Positions 22,204-37,200 of a stretch of DNA of 64,000 bases are shown here, one piece after another; position 1 is the first letter of the stretch; each line of letters starts with the position of its first letter. A model generated the notes under the pieces. It saw only the letters and a list, made by a program, of their open reading frames with translations, was not told where the DNA came from and did no database searches. Source of the stretch: Aplysia californica. Its lineage: Eukaryota. The stretch spans positions 1,975,701-2,039,700 of the forward strand of contig NW_004797297.1 of assembly GCF_000002075.1 (NCBI RefSeq), in the 5' to 3' direction. A program made the translations under genes and the position numbers.

Positions 22204-25200
22204 CTAGGGCTTGGCCACAGGAATCAGCTCTGAGCGCAGTTCCATGGGCAGGTACTCCCGGATCAGATCGTGCAGGTCTCTGGTACTATTGACAATGCCT
22301 TGGCTGGAGAAAAAAAATTCATAATGTTTACCGACACTGGTTACAAAGTTAAGATTTTCATTAAATTTAAATGCATGCTGAGTAATTAAAAAAACCAACA
22401 AAAAACATCCCACCCACCCACAAGCACACACATGCAAAACATAAAAAAGTGCAGAAAAGGAAAATCCTTAAATACAAGACAAAACCAGTCATTCTCTAGC
22501 CATTTTCCTAATTTTGATACGCTGGTTCTGAATCTGATATTATTTTTTATCTACGACGTGATTTTCTATAATTTTGAAATTAGTTCTGTTGTCCTCGGCG
22601 CAGCAAACTTCAAAGATTAGTCGGCACTCCTCTCAAGGCCGGATGTCAAATTCACAGGCAGCGGCTGTGGGTTCTTGACATCTAGCAGGCCGGCTATTCG
22701 CAGAGTGTTTGTCTACGGTTTGAGCAGCATTTCTTGTTACAGGTTACGATTGGCCATGCGGCCCAGAAAACAATCCGGTCGGCCTGTATATGTAATAGGC
22801 CCTGCCCTATAAAGAAAGTCTGCGTAGTTCGAGATTTAAGGGAATCCACGGGTCTCGATCCCCTAGAAAATCGGGTATTTGCTAAAAAAATTTGGAACTT
22901 CGAGTATTTGGATATTCTTACAGAAATATGTGTCAAGAATCCGTTTGTGAAGGTCCCAAGAACATGCAGAAGAGTTAACGCTCAGATGCTACTGGATCGC
23001 TAACAAGGTCCCAAGAACTAAAGAGACCTCTAACATACATAAAAATGTATTTGAAAGCGGTAGGGGGGGGGGGGGGGGGGGAATTCAAACATAACGTCAA
23101 GAAATGCTAAACTTTACCCCTTGACAACAACACTTTCCGTGGCTGCAAGGTAATTTAAATCAAGTTTGGTATCATTGGAAAGGCCGTGATAAGAACTATT
23201 CGATTATTGCACTTTCATTTTTGTACGGAACTACTCTGGGGACCCATTTAGGTATGTTTGAAGACCCCGTACCAAATACCGGTTGGCCACTTCCGTTACG
23301 TGACCGGACCGTGAATTTTCATTCGCCGAGCCGGTAGCAACGAAGGGGATTCCCCTCGCCAGCCATTGTTTACACTGCGTGCCGCAAGACAGAACGTGAA
23401 CGTTTTCGCTGCATTTCAAAGAGTTTTGTATCGTGTTGCTGATTTCAACGCTAATAAATCTTGTTTATAGTCTGAATAATTATTGTTATCATCTCCATTT
23501 GCAATTTTGTGTAGTATTTCGGCCCGACAAGGCCTACCAAACACATGCTCCTTCTTATTCGTCTTCTCTCGTCTGTCTATCACCATATCCTGATTGGATT
23601 CGATGTCTTGGTCTTAGCCGTTTTGAGCTAATCCAGAATCTAAACTGTTGAGATTATACATGTAATATATAATAGCCTTCAGTACTTTCCACGATTATAT
23701 TGCTGTGGTATTCAAAGTATAGATCTACAGATCTCCGTTGCCCTTGATCAACAAAGTTTTAGAATCTAGATCTAGGATTTGTTTTGATGGCTTCCCTAGC
23801 CTCTCCGGTTGTTCGCAGTGAACATACAAGTCTGTTTAGCGTAGCTAGATCTAGCAATAGACATCTCTAGATTTTCTAGGGCCTAGACCTAGTGTTATTT
23901 AAAAAATAATTTAACTTTATTATTCTATAGTTGTTTTTTTTTTAAATCGGAGGCCGGAGTTCCCAAAGCCGGTTAACCCCTTCAAGCAAGATTGAAAGAA
24001 GCAACTGTGCAGAATATAGCAAGATAAAATAAATTGAGAAAATATACAGATCTAGACAGTATCATGTAGTGCCAGCTTACAGTGTGCCTTTCTTGGTTTT
24101 ATAGTCTTAGATTCCACCATTGCAAAACCAAAACACATGGGAAGAAGATGAAGGGGAGGTAGCAGCTTTTTTTTGGGGGGGGGGGGGGGGGGGGCTCGAC
24201 AAAGTAAGAAAGGCAGGCAAATCATTTAAAGATTTCTTTGTTGACCAGGCAACACTCATTTAGTGCAGGGAAAATGAGGACAGAAACAGAAGTATAGAAA
24301 AGACATATAAGGCCTACCAATGACACCCTCCAACTACCCCCCCCTTAACACATTCATAAGGTTAGTTGTTTTCTGCTAAAAGAAAAGGTTGATGTAACAT
24401 AGGAAAGCCAAACTTATAACTTATAACTTTCTCAACATCGACCGAGATATAGAGCTATATAAGGACCTACTCAAATTTGTTTACTTACGTCTTCATTAAT
24501 AGAATAACATCTTCTTCGTTGACCGTTTTTCTTCCAGCGTGAAGTGCAAAAACTTCCAAAGCCTTGAAGGTGTTGGCCCAAAAAGTCTCCGACCTAATAT
24601 GAGACACAGAAGAGACTTGAGGGTTGGGGAGGTACCAACACAATACTGACTTGCAATATGTCAAGTATTGGCTGAGGACAACTGTTGTAAATAAATGTAT
24701 CCCCGACATATCTTGGACAGATACAGCCGACTACGGATGAGTTTATGTTGTTGGGAGAATGAAAAAAAGGGAGGGGGGGGGGGGGTCGGTGGTGGCTGCA
24801 AGCGCCCACTAACGGCAATACTAACATTACTGACAATACGCGTAGACTGTGACCTAATATGTAGGCCTACCTCTGTGTAAAATGATTAAGTTGTATTCCT
24901 GAGTACAGTAAAACTTAGCACTTTTTGTCATGTTCTTTATTCTCTCAATGTACAATGCCAGTTATAAATGAACTTTAGATCACTAAAACTCCTTGAAAAA
25001 TGAACTTTTCACTGAGGTACTTTTAAAATAAATATAACGTTTAAATGGTAACAATTCTAACTGGGACTTAGGAAAATAAAAGTTGCTCTAAGTTACAGCT
25101 TTGATTAAGTTTTCGGCTGAGTACGTTACACAGACGTTTTACTGTATTGCTGATTGTCTTGAAAAAATGGTAGCAGCCTCTGCTCTTGACCAGTGAACTG

Positions 25201-28200
25201 GCATACTTGATCACCCTTTACCATATTTTGGTTTCAAAACCAATAAAAATTTCTTGCCCTTCTTTTGAACTTGTCAAACAGAACAGTCTGTTAGCTAGGG
25301 CCTATATGGTCGCCTTTAAGGACAAGCGGGCTAACCGAGATTTCGGGGGTTTCCAGAAATATTGACCTACACAAAAAGTGGGCATTGCCCTACCTGTAGG
25401 AGAAATTTGGTTTCATTGGTGTGTATATTTGTTGGGTTATATAGAAAACTCTCCTTGTCATTTAAAGAAACAGAACAAGGGTAAAAAACTTTACCATCGA
25501 TTTTCTCATAACAGCATTTTTCGGGATAACCCCCTTGTGCTTAAAAGCGACCATATATATGAAAATTACCATAAGGTCTTCTTCATGAAGAGCTAGACCT
25601 GAAACAGATGTCGGCGATCATCATTCACCATTTATTTCTCTGCATGGGTGCTCTAAAAAAACATGACATGTACAGTATCTTATGCTTTCCTTGTCTCCCA
25701 CTGTTCAAGTTCTGTAAATAAGTTGCTAATAGAACTCCAGCCTAGGTTTACTCCCAATTGCTTACAATAAACAGATAAATAATAGTTGTGATATGTTTTA
25801 AACACAGAACAACCATTACAAAAGACCTTATTGAAGTACAACCCTCGAACCACATGACTGCCAGATGTTATTATGAGAGGGAAGAAAAAAGGTAATGCTT
25901 GTTCTTCTAATCTCATTTATTTTGTACTGGACTAGTTTAAATAATCACAGAGCACATTGTAGGCCTACTTACGCATGCTCTATTTCTTCCAAAGCATCAT
26001 TGGACAGTTTCGAGCTTGAGTGTCTCTGGGCGAAAAACTTCACCGATCGACGAGGCAAAGTGGTGTCTGGTGTTCTTCTAACCCGCCGCTTCTGAGACAG
26101 TCCTTCCTTGGGCTGGTTAGATCTGAGAAAATTGATAACATTATTAACAACTAGCTGGGTACCCGTTGGATGAACAGACTCAAAAGAAGCGATCGTCAAG
26201 TCATTGGGGAGATAGAGCGGACAGCTTGTAAACTGAAGCCTCACTTGTTTACAATGGCGTCTTAGAAGACGGGCTTTCCCAAGATTAGATCTAACCGAAA
26301 CTAATGAAAAACTGAAAATTAAACTACAATGACTTCAGACTCCTTAATATAACTGTGAATCACTGTTAATTTTTTAAAATTTGAAAGTTGAGTGGCTCTG
26401 AAGTTTTAGGGGACTAAACTGATGAACTTTCACATATAGGCTATAATAGATATATAATAAACATATTGTTGCTCTGGTATGTTGATACTTACCCAATCTT
26501 AAAAATTATTAAACCCAGGGAGGTACAAGTACAACATTTATTTTAACTTTAACATTCTTATCTTTCACTTTCCCAATCTCCAGAGTGGTGTGTATTCAAC
26601 AACTACAATAAAGGTACCTCTTCACACAAACTTCATGAGCGCAGAGGATTTGTTTATGTTAAGCAGATTTTGTGTGGAGCTGAATGCTAATGAAAAAGAC
26701 AACAAAAAAAGGGAGGCAACTTCTTTTGCTTTAGTGCGAGTTTTATGACACTTGCAACACATATGGGTCATACAGGTGTCTAAGTGAAGCTAAGATTCAA
26801 TGAAAGGAGACGGATAACCAGCTTTTAAAATTCATTAAAATCAACACAACTCGCATTCAGTGAACAAATAGCAAACTTGGATTCAACGAAGACACTTGTA
26901 GGGCAAACAGCCTCCCACTGATGTGGGGTCACACATTTTTCTCTAAAAATGAAGATCTACTCTATTCCAAGGGACCGTGGATCGCACCTACAACACTTAG
27001 CCTAGCCCATTGTATACATCATATGCGACCTGTCAGAAGCTAATTTTCACAACAACATATGTGTGTTGTTGATACGCCTGCACTAAACACATGGCCTGTC
27101 ATAGCGTGTGTCAGTAAATAGGGTGGAGAGGAGAAATGGGTAGATCTGAAATCTTGTTGTGTTAAATGGAATCTACTGCATTTCAAAGCATACCTTCTGC
27201 GGTCAAGCTACATGCAACAAAATTTTTGTCTTTAGTTGATCATTTCAATTTATAAAGATACAGCTGAATTACAAGAAGTCACATTTCAATAATCGTTGAC
27301 ATGAATACGTGATCTAGTTATAGGACTTCAAAGAGAATGTAAAAAAATAACTTTCTCCAAGCAGAGTCGGTAATATTACTTATAATAAATGCCGGTCTGG
27401 ATTTCAGCTCAGGGAAAGTGTCTGTTTAAAACAATACAAGCTCAAGGGGTAGTACTCACTGCATGTTGGTATTCTCAATCAAATTCACTGGCCTCAAACG
27501 TCCTTGTTTTTTATGCAGGGTTGAAACTTCCTTCCTCACATTCATGTCAATGTGTGGAGTTTTAAGAGGTGAATATTGCCTGGGAAATGGATGGTAAACA
27601 ACAATTTAAAGACAAGTGTTCAACTGACAGAATACTGGATCAAGTCCATTCATAAACAAACAAAAATCACACCCCCTTTTCCTTGCATAATATTTCTTTT
27701 CCTTTAAACACAGACATCAAACTCTCAGTATCTGGAGATGCCCATGTACAAGTACAAGGGGAAAGGACTAGAGTCGAGTCATGGACTCATGGCATCATTG
27801 TCACTGATATTCTTTACACAATCAAGCCTGTCTGGTCATTCTGGTAGATCATTGTCACACTTTTGCTCCACAATCAAGACCCAAACAAAGTAACCTTTTG
27901 TTGGCTGACAGCAAAAGAAAGTAGATGAAGTTTACACACTCAATGCTACTCTATTTTTTAAAAGTGCCTACCAGCCTCTTGAATACTGCTTTATACTCAC
28001 AACAATATAGTGAATGAAACTATACACGATTTTGACCTAGACTTTCTAAGAACCACAGCTAAAAGTTGCCAGGCATGGTGCTTCACTAATCTCACATACA
28101 TCAGAAAGAGTAAGTAGAAATAAAAAGAATCTGCAACAAAATACATATTATTTAAATGACAACTTTCATGGGACTTCAGAAAATTGTCTATACTATTGTC

Positions 28201-31200
28201 ATACTGAAAAGATCTTTCACTTTCAGCACTAAGTCACAAATTAAATAAAACACACCACACAAATCTGTTGTGAATCTTACACAAGGAACAATTGCAGTAT
28301 CTTTTACTTTTAAGTTATAGCCGAAAACTCTCTTAGGTAGTACCTACTCACCCAAGATGTTCATCATCTGTGGAATCGTCTTGCATCTCCTTTAGAAACG
28401 AAAAACCATAATAAAAATGATGGCAAGAACAATAGCGACATTATAAGTTTAATAATGAAGCAAGGTAGAGTGATAAACATTCTGATTTACACCACATGAA
28501 GCTTTATCCCATGGTCGAAGCAATGTCATGAGAAAGGAAAGTTATATATATTTAATAAATTCTTTAAAAAAAATAATTTTTTCCCTAAATCTTAGTAGAT
28601 CTACACATAAAATTTACAACAGAAATTGAAGCTTTCCATTTCCTATATCTTTGCTCCCCTTACAGGATGACAGAAAACAAATAACGTAATTGCCATTTGT
28701 GTCATCAAAAGTTGAAACTCAAAGCTGGAATAACACAAACAACAATGTTCACATGCACCTGCTCAACATTACTCAAGAGTAAAGTGTTAGCCATGGACAA
28801 CAGAACAGTTTTTCATGCATTTTACATGCTTCAACTATTATAATTGTAGAAGTGTCTCCTCAGGACTGTAGATAGTGATAACTTATCAATACACCGACTT
28901 GTTGAGAAATGCTTTAATATTACCCTGGCGAATGGTGGTTTTTGGGGTTGTTTTTTTTTACCACCAAAGTTAATTCATAGATAACTAGCCCCACTCTTTT
29001 CCCTGTTTTTGAAAATCTAATGATGGAGCATGATAAGGGAATCATAACACTAACAAAGTCATTACCAAGAAGCAGCCCCCATGTGATTTTCAGGCATACC
29101 TTTATTAAAAGTTATGGATTCAGATGACAACTTATTTCCAAATTTCAGGCCAAAGGGCTAGAAGTTAAGATGGCTGCTGGATTGAAAATGTAAAGTAAAG
29201 TATTTCCAAACTTTGGTCACTCTATGCCAGGAGTTAGGAATGAAAAATTGTATCCTGCCTCTCAGAACAGCCTGAGAGGATTTGACATAGGCACCAAACG
29301 AAGAACTAAACTAACACCAAGATTAATCCACATCATAAATAATCCTTTACATTTAGACCCGACTCATCCCTGTCATCATCAGTTTTAATTTGAGTTTTAG
29401 TAGTTTTTACAGCGCTCCCAACTGCATAAGATCATATGAGCACCAAAGGGTGGATGTCAACAGAGAAGTCCATACAGGAAATCAAGCTTATTCTGCTCAC
29501 CTCTCTAGCTCAAGTGACAAAGTCTGCTTCGACTATCAAGGCACCCCGAAATAGCGGGTCACAAGCGTGTGACAAACATACAAAGGAAGTACAGGAAAAA
29601 TGACGAAAGTAAGGACTAGGAGAGAAAAAGCAGCAGTTCCCTGTCGCAGTTCAGGCACAATTATGAGCATGACATTGATGAATCAGCCTATTCACAATTC
29701 TACTATGCATAAGAACATGTAATGTCCCCCCTTTGGGAAAGGCCTAAAGACACTTCAGTCCCGGGGGGGGGGGGGAGATCATCACAGACCATCTTTCTCT
29801 CAATGGCCAAGGTTGTCACCCGCAATAGAAAAAGGCAGGAACTTTCTAACACCATGTCAATCCAATGTTTGCCTTACTCCTGTCGTTGGCACTAAAGTTC
29901 AACATTTTTCTAGGAGCAAAGTGGCACTGAGCAACTGCAAGGACTCAATGCAAAGAGGATGTTAAAGTTAGACAGCTGCACACGATGTAATGAGGTAGAA
30001 GATCCAGATCTGGTCGTTTTTCTCCCCCTATACACTGGGAACCCTTTCATCATCATCTGTGTAAATCATCTAATTTATCATTCTTAAAAAAGAATTTTTA
30101 AAAACTCAAGCATGTCCCTTTTTCATATTTGTGAACAAGCTAATGGTAACAGAAACTACCACGTTAACACATTTTATTTCTAACTTGCCAATACTTGGCA
30201 CCAAACCAGGTTACGGGACATGGAGACACACACAGGGAGTAAAGTGTTTGTCCTTTTCTTCTTCCTCCAACTTTACTATGAGTGTTGAGTTAAGCATTCA
30301 CTTTTTGAAAAATAAAATGTCAGTAAAGAGCAACATACAGAAACAAACAATCCTCACCGTTTGCTCTTTGCTGGCTGAAGGAACACTTCTCGCTTTAGAC
30401 CCTGAAATTGAAGAGGAAAACATGTGAATACCGTCTTTAATGCGACAAAAGGCAATGAAATTTATAAAAACCGACCAATCATCGCTTCAAATTATTGGAT
30501 TCTCATCAGTCTTCGAAACCTTGGAACCAATACACAATTTGTTCCCAGTGTCATTTAGTCTCTGACAGCAAAACAAGCTAAATTTTGAAACGGGACTACG
30601 CATTTTCAGATGTCAAAATTTAGGGTTAATTACTTTAATCAGTCTGGATGTTTTTGCTTATGAAGGCCATTATGAGGTAGATATTGATTTTTAGCTATCA
30701 TAGTCTGATTTGTGCAATTTAGCTTGACCTTAAATTGGCAAAAGACCCTGCATGACTTTTGAGATCCCTTATCCTCTTAACACCATAAATAGGTCAGCAG
30801 GTCAGCACGGCAGAACCAAATTGGTGGCCAGCTGATGGCTTCCCAGAACTGAATTATTTCAGTGTTTTTCAGAGGTTCATGGGAGCTAGCAAAGAAATTG
30901 CTTTTGCTTTTGATCCAAGCGAATTATTTCATCTATGAAATTTAAGATTCAAAGAACTAGGACGACAGCATCTAAATTTAGAGTGGAATGTTATTATTTC
31001 TAAGCCTGTACTAAAGGGGGGAGTCAGGCCAGTAAAAGTCGGTACGTCTCTACAGCAGTAAAAGCCAGTATGGCTAGAAAAAGGGTTACCACTTTGCCCT
31101 CATGGGACGCCGATCGGCGACAGTAAGACCAAGAAGCTGACCCTTTTCCCCACGGGACACCGATCGGCGATAGTATAGTGACAAAAAAGTTGTAGCAATG

Positions 31201-34200
31201 ATCTCAGACAGAAACATCAGAGGGAAAGAAAAGATGTGGGATCTACCAGTGGTGTCATCCAACCACCTGCATGAAACATCCGAAATAAACCACAGCAGAA
31301 ATATTTATAAAATAACCACCCAGCGCAAACTAAGTAAGGCTGAAAAGTTCCAGAGAGCAATAAAATATAGAGCGACTCACTTGAAGAATATTCTGGAATC
31401 TCCTCTGGCTCAGCTGCTTCCACATGGTCCCCATCACCACCCAGAGCGCTCCTCGAATACGGTCGGATGGGACTTATGTCTGGCAAGCCACCCATAGAGA
31501 CATTCTCAGCAGCAAAGTCTTCAGCATTGGATAAATAGGCTGCCATTGCACTCTGTCTCTTGGTAGAGTGGAAAAATGATTTTGATCTCTTGAGGGGGGT
31601 CGACGACCTTGGGTCTAGGGCCAACATATCTGATTGATCCCCTTCTTTCCGTTTTTTAGAGAGGTCAGACATGCGAGTGCTTGAAGGAGTTAGTTTTCTT
31701 TTGTTCCCCGAGGTCTTTGGCGTGGATCTCGCACCCTCACCAACAGATCTGGAAGCACTGAGAGTATCACGTGACTGGCCTCTTTTCAGCTGCCTGGCTG
31801 TTGGAGTTCGGAACGTATCCTCGATGCTATTATCACTGATATCGTAAATACTTTTCTTTGAAGATGCATCTGCCAGAAATTCCTGCTCTTTATTGCTTTT
31901 GCTTAAAGCATCAAACACATTGGAAGCTCTGTCTGTGCCACGAGATGAATCTGCTTTCCTGTTCATTGAAGATCTGTTCATTCTTTCTGGAGATGACGTA
32001 CCGGCTGAAAGTTCATGCCCTTCACTGCTTTTGTAGGTAGTTGCGTCAGCTTGGTTCAAAGACCTGTTTTGGCCATTGGATAAACTGGTGTTTGTATTAT
32101 TGACAGATCTGTCACTTCTTCTTGGAGACGCTGCATCTGACAATACATTTGTCTCCTTTCGGCTTTTCTTTGAAATGTCCATCATATCTGTAAGCTCATC
32201 CTCACCATGAAATGAACTGGCGTTCATGCTCTTAATAGCAGATCTATTTTTTATTCCGGATGATGATGCGTCTGCTAAAACTTCTTGCTCTTCTCTCTTT
32301 CTGTTTGAAGCATCAGCCACAACAGCAGAAGACCTTTCATCTGAAGGTAAATCATTGTACACATCTTTTTCAGATCTTTCTTCAAAAGATGCATCTTCCA
32401 AATTGTTCTGTTCTTTACTGCTTTTAGCAGAAGTATCAGAAATGGAAAATTTATCCTTGCTATGAAGTGCACTGGTGTTCCAGTTTTCAACAGATCTGTT
32501 ACTTCTTCTCGGAGATGAAACTTCTTGTCCAGGTGTCAATTTCTTTTCTGTTGCTGAAAAAAAAATACAATTCAAGTGAAAGTCAAATGCAGTTGAAATT
32601 GTCCAAGATGCTGTCAATGAAAAAAGTGATAGTCTTAGACATGTAGACATCATGGACAAAGTAATTATAGTATAGTGTACAAAAAATGCAAGGGGAGGAA
32701 TGGGAATGGTCATTTGTACAGGCGATTGTCTTAGACAGGTGGCAGCTAGAGCAGGTTCGATTGTACTTTTGATATACTACTATTATGACCTTTACCATCT
32801 TGCCAGATGATCCTCAAGATAAAGCAGCATACATGATACAGCTTTGCCTAGGCAGTAGACACAGAGGAAGTAGATTGCCTAAGTACTGCTTCCCTCTCTT
32901 CATGTCCTAACTCAAGGTCTTGACTTCCTTAATGTGCTCCAAAGGAGAGACATCAATACTTTTAGAATCAAGGAAGAATTTTGCCTGCAGAGCGACTTAA
33001 CGGCTTATTCTTCTACGATTTTCAACCACCAAGGGATCTATAACGTAAGCAAGTTTTTACAAACATTGCAGCACTAACTGTACCATAAGGATCAATCGCA
33101 ATAAATGTGCAAAAAATGAATTATTTTTTTACAAGAACAATAGCCTGGTTCCACAACAGATATCACATTTTGACAGTAACAATCGAAAACCAATGATGTA
33201 CAAAACGATGACTTTCAAGGGGATCAGTGCACAAGTGTCAAGCATACCATAAAATGCACATGTAATAGTCACTTTGTGCCAATGTTGAATTTTATGGTTA
33301 CTGTCCAGTAAACTTGCTTTTTTTCTATTAAGACTTGATGCAAAAATGTTACTTGATCTTACTTTGGACATGCACAGTTTCGGACTGTTACAGTCAATAT
33401 TCTCCTTGAAATAAATAACACTAGGCAAGTAGGTAAAACTCAGTTACATTCTTCTATTTACATACTTTTGTTTAACACTGGGTCCATGTCTGCTGAGAAG
33501 GGAATTCGGAAAGAGCGCCGTGCAGTTCTCTTGCTTCTTTCACTAGGGGAAGCAGAGCTGTCCAATATTTCACTGAAAGAAAATAATTAACACAGAAAAA
33601 AACATAAATATCAGAAACAAAAAACACATTTTTCTCACAGCTGCAAACTTCTCTCCCTACAAACCCTTCAAGCACACTTTTCCACGTTCAGTAAATTCAA
33701 GCTTTTCAATCAAAATGGACCTGCAGCAACAGATCTTTCCCCACTGACCTATGGGCTTCATTCACATTTTTAATTTTTTGCATATCCAGTACTGAAAGTT
33801 CATAATTTTTCTTCAGCATCAGCAAGTTCATAAAGAGCAAAACTGAAAACAGAGAATTTGTATTTTCTGATATGAAAACAATCTTCTGAACTAAGACTTT
33901 CAAAAATGTATAAAATATACTTACTGACAGACATTTATTCTATTTATGTAACTACATCTATTTTCAAGACAAAAAAGATAGAATTACAGACTACAGACAC
34001 AAATTCGACACTTTTATTCAACTCATTCCATGAAAAAAAAAGCAGCTTTCCACAAAATGTTAAAGTGGTATCATGATACACTACTACTTTAATACTCTCA
34101 GAATAGATTTTAAAAAGCATACACTTCAACCGGAAAGAATCAGCAGAAGTCCAAAAAATGTGGAAGGAAATTGTAAAAAACTAATTGTCAGTTCTAGAAT

Positions 34201-37200
34201 TAGAAACTACAAAAGACACGAAACGATCTCAATCAAAAACAAGGTCAATGCATAACCCCTCACCTCTGTTGTAGATTGCTCATAGGGGACAAATGCACTT
34301 CCTGACCTCCCTGGCTCAGTGGATACTGGCCCTGTTCTGTCTCAGCTGTATAAGTTAGGAGAAAACGGAAGAATAGGTGTAAAAGAAAACTGAAGCAAAT
34401 TGAAAAATACACACCTAAGCATCTTCTTTTCCCCCCATGACTTGCAGCTGTTGAAAGTACAGACTAAAAGTTATCAATAATCAAATTTCAAAGTAAAATT
34501 TAATAAAATAAAAGCATCTGTCTTGGTAGAAAGGAGCTCATGCTGTAAAGAGGTTTCTGTGAAAATGCTACATTTTGAGAGATGATCTCTTAACTGAACA
34601 CTAATGCCATGCATATATTTTATTTTTTTAAACATATAAAAATGAAAACACAAAGTTGTCTTGATAACACCACCATGACAGTGTAGTTCTACCTTGATGA
34701 ATATGATCATTTGCTACTAAGTACGAGTTTTCCAAAATTTGATGTGTAAATAAATAATAATTTAAAAAATTTCCCTTTGGGGCTGTTCAAATATAATCTT
34801 ACACTTTTTGGGGGACTTTTAGTCCAAATCATTCAAGAAAAATATTGCACACACTCTTTTTTTTCTTATGAAAAAAAAAATTCAGACTCATGTCAATGTC
34901 AAAAGTGCCTTAAATACAAATAAATACAAATTACAGTGAATTTTTGATAAAGTCAACATCTCAGGACCAAAAAAAAGTGTTGACTTTGAGCAAGGTTGAC
35001 TTTATCATTGTACTACAGGCCATTTGAAAATTTAAGATGACAGCTACAAAATTACAAAGTAGGCTACCTGGTAACAAGATGTTAGCTTAATTTCAGTGTG
35101 TATAATTCTGAAGTAGTCACCAAAACAAGAAATAATGAAGGAACAAAGTAATTGGAGGTGTGCACACCACTAGCTCAGTCCCTAAATATTTCTTCTTGAA
35201 TTCATCTTGGGATCTAGCCCCAAATTGTTGACTTTATGCAAGTTTAACACTCAAACGGTTGACTGTATCATAAACAAAATTACTTAAACAAAGAAGGTAA
35301 GAAACGATGTAATCAAAATTAGACTACCAGTGTATTAGTGCAAGATGGCATATTCCAGCTTGCCGCTCGAGGACATACTGTATCGCCACTGCATATAAGC
35401 CGTACTTACCGCTCAAAGTGAAAAGTTAACTCAACACCCATGAAGGAAAAGCTAATTTTCAGAATGAAACAGAAAAATGTGGTCTTGATACGATTCAGTA
35501 AGCACACAATATTTGTCTTGAGTCAAAAGACACTAAAAAAGTAACAACGTATAAGCTCCTGACACCTACAACTGTCCTTACCATGTTCATCTGACAGAAG
35601 GTGAAAAGATCGACGAGCTGCCTTTTTCTGATATCCACTTCTGGATGAAAAATCTTCCCTGAATTCACTGTGAACAAGAAAAGTGCCAGATAACTTCTTT
35701 ACAAAAGGGGCTTTGTTGCTTGCAAACTAATAAAGACAAATACTTGGGTATTATCTATCAAAGGTAAAACAAAAAATATGAATGAAAACTAAGAAAAGAA
35801 TCAAAATACAATTAGGAACAATAGAATATATAGAGAATAATAATATAAGAATTTGCATTTAAAACTAGGGGAATGAACGAGAATAACTATGTGGCAAAAT
35901 GCACATCAATACTTTGGGCAACTTGACATCCCCACAATGTCATTAAAAAATCTTTTCTGTGTACCTTTCAGAAGACTTTGTGATCGGAGACATGGAGACC
36001 TCTTGTCCAAGACCACTGTGCGTCCTCAAGTCGGCCCCATTGTCGGGAGCAGAAGTATCAGCTGGAACGGCTACTCGAGTTACTGGAGTTTGTTCCTCAC
36101 CTTGAAACAAACCCCAAAAAAATAAAAAATACAGTGGAATCCTGTTATATGACGAGAGGGAGGGGACTGGGACGAAATGTCCGTTAAAGCAGGATTCTCG
36201 TTAGAAGGGCTCCAGTATTAAATGCTAGGGAAATAATAAAGTAAGAGTTTGGTGTTCTTCATTTCTTTTTGTTATCCCCTGATGTTGATTTTGTTCAACA
36301 TGACCTCTAGGTCTTACTTGATCAAAAATCAAATCAGGTTTCTTTCTCTCACGCTAGCAATGTTGACAGCTCGGTGTTGGCGATCAGACAGAAAGGACTC
36401 TAGGCTAACTCGCCTGCTGTGTTGTCCCCAACCCCACCACACCCTGTGGTGCGTTCCATCCACTTGTGCACGTCACACATTCACTCCATCCATCACAGCA
36501 ATGTGATCTCTCCATCCCCGAAGTGGAGAAGTGAGAGGCATGGTAGGCCTAGACTAGATGATCTAGACTAGGCTGGTCTAGGCCTATAACGTGATGCGTT
36601 CTGTTTGTCTGCACTCATTCACTCCGGCCCTCAACGTTGGCACACGTGGGCTCTCCCATTTTTTGTTTCGCTAGGTCACCAACAGGTTTCTCAACTGGCG
36701 AAATTTTATATTATAATTGGCCTATGCACTGTGATTCACCACTCGTGGTCAACTTCATTAATTATGAAAAGGCTTTTGACAGCGTGGACAGGGAAACTCT
36801 GTGGAAGGTCATGCAGCATTTTGGAATACCTGACAAAATCGTCAACCTTGTGAAGGCCACCTAAGACGGAACAAACTGCAAAGTCTTCCATGAAGGACAA
36901 CTCTCAGAACCATTCCAGGTACAGACAGGAGTGCAACAAGGTTGCTTGCTCTCACCTTTTCTCTTCATATTGGCAATTGACTAGGTCATGAAAGAAGCCA
37001 CCAGAGGCAAGCGTAATGGAATACAGAGGATCCCTTGGCAGCAACTGGACGACTTGGACTTCGCCGATGACCTTGCACCGATCTCTCACACACACGCTCA
37101 GATGCAAGAAAACACCAAGGAACTCAACAGCTTATCAAGGAGTGTTGGCCAACGTACATCCAGGCAAGTCAAAAGTAGTGAAGCTAGGAAAAGTTTCAAG

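Noticed and set aside
31217-32713. 498-aa stand-alone ORF
   Set aside because: It is CENP-T exon 7 (32553-31381) plus intronic read-through. The hydrophobic ends are intron sequence, not TM segments.
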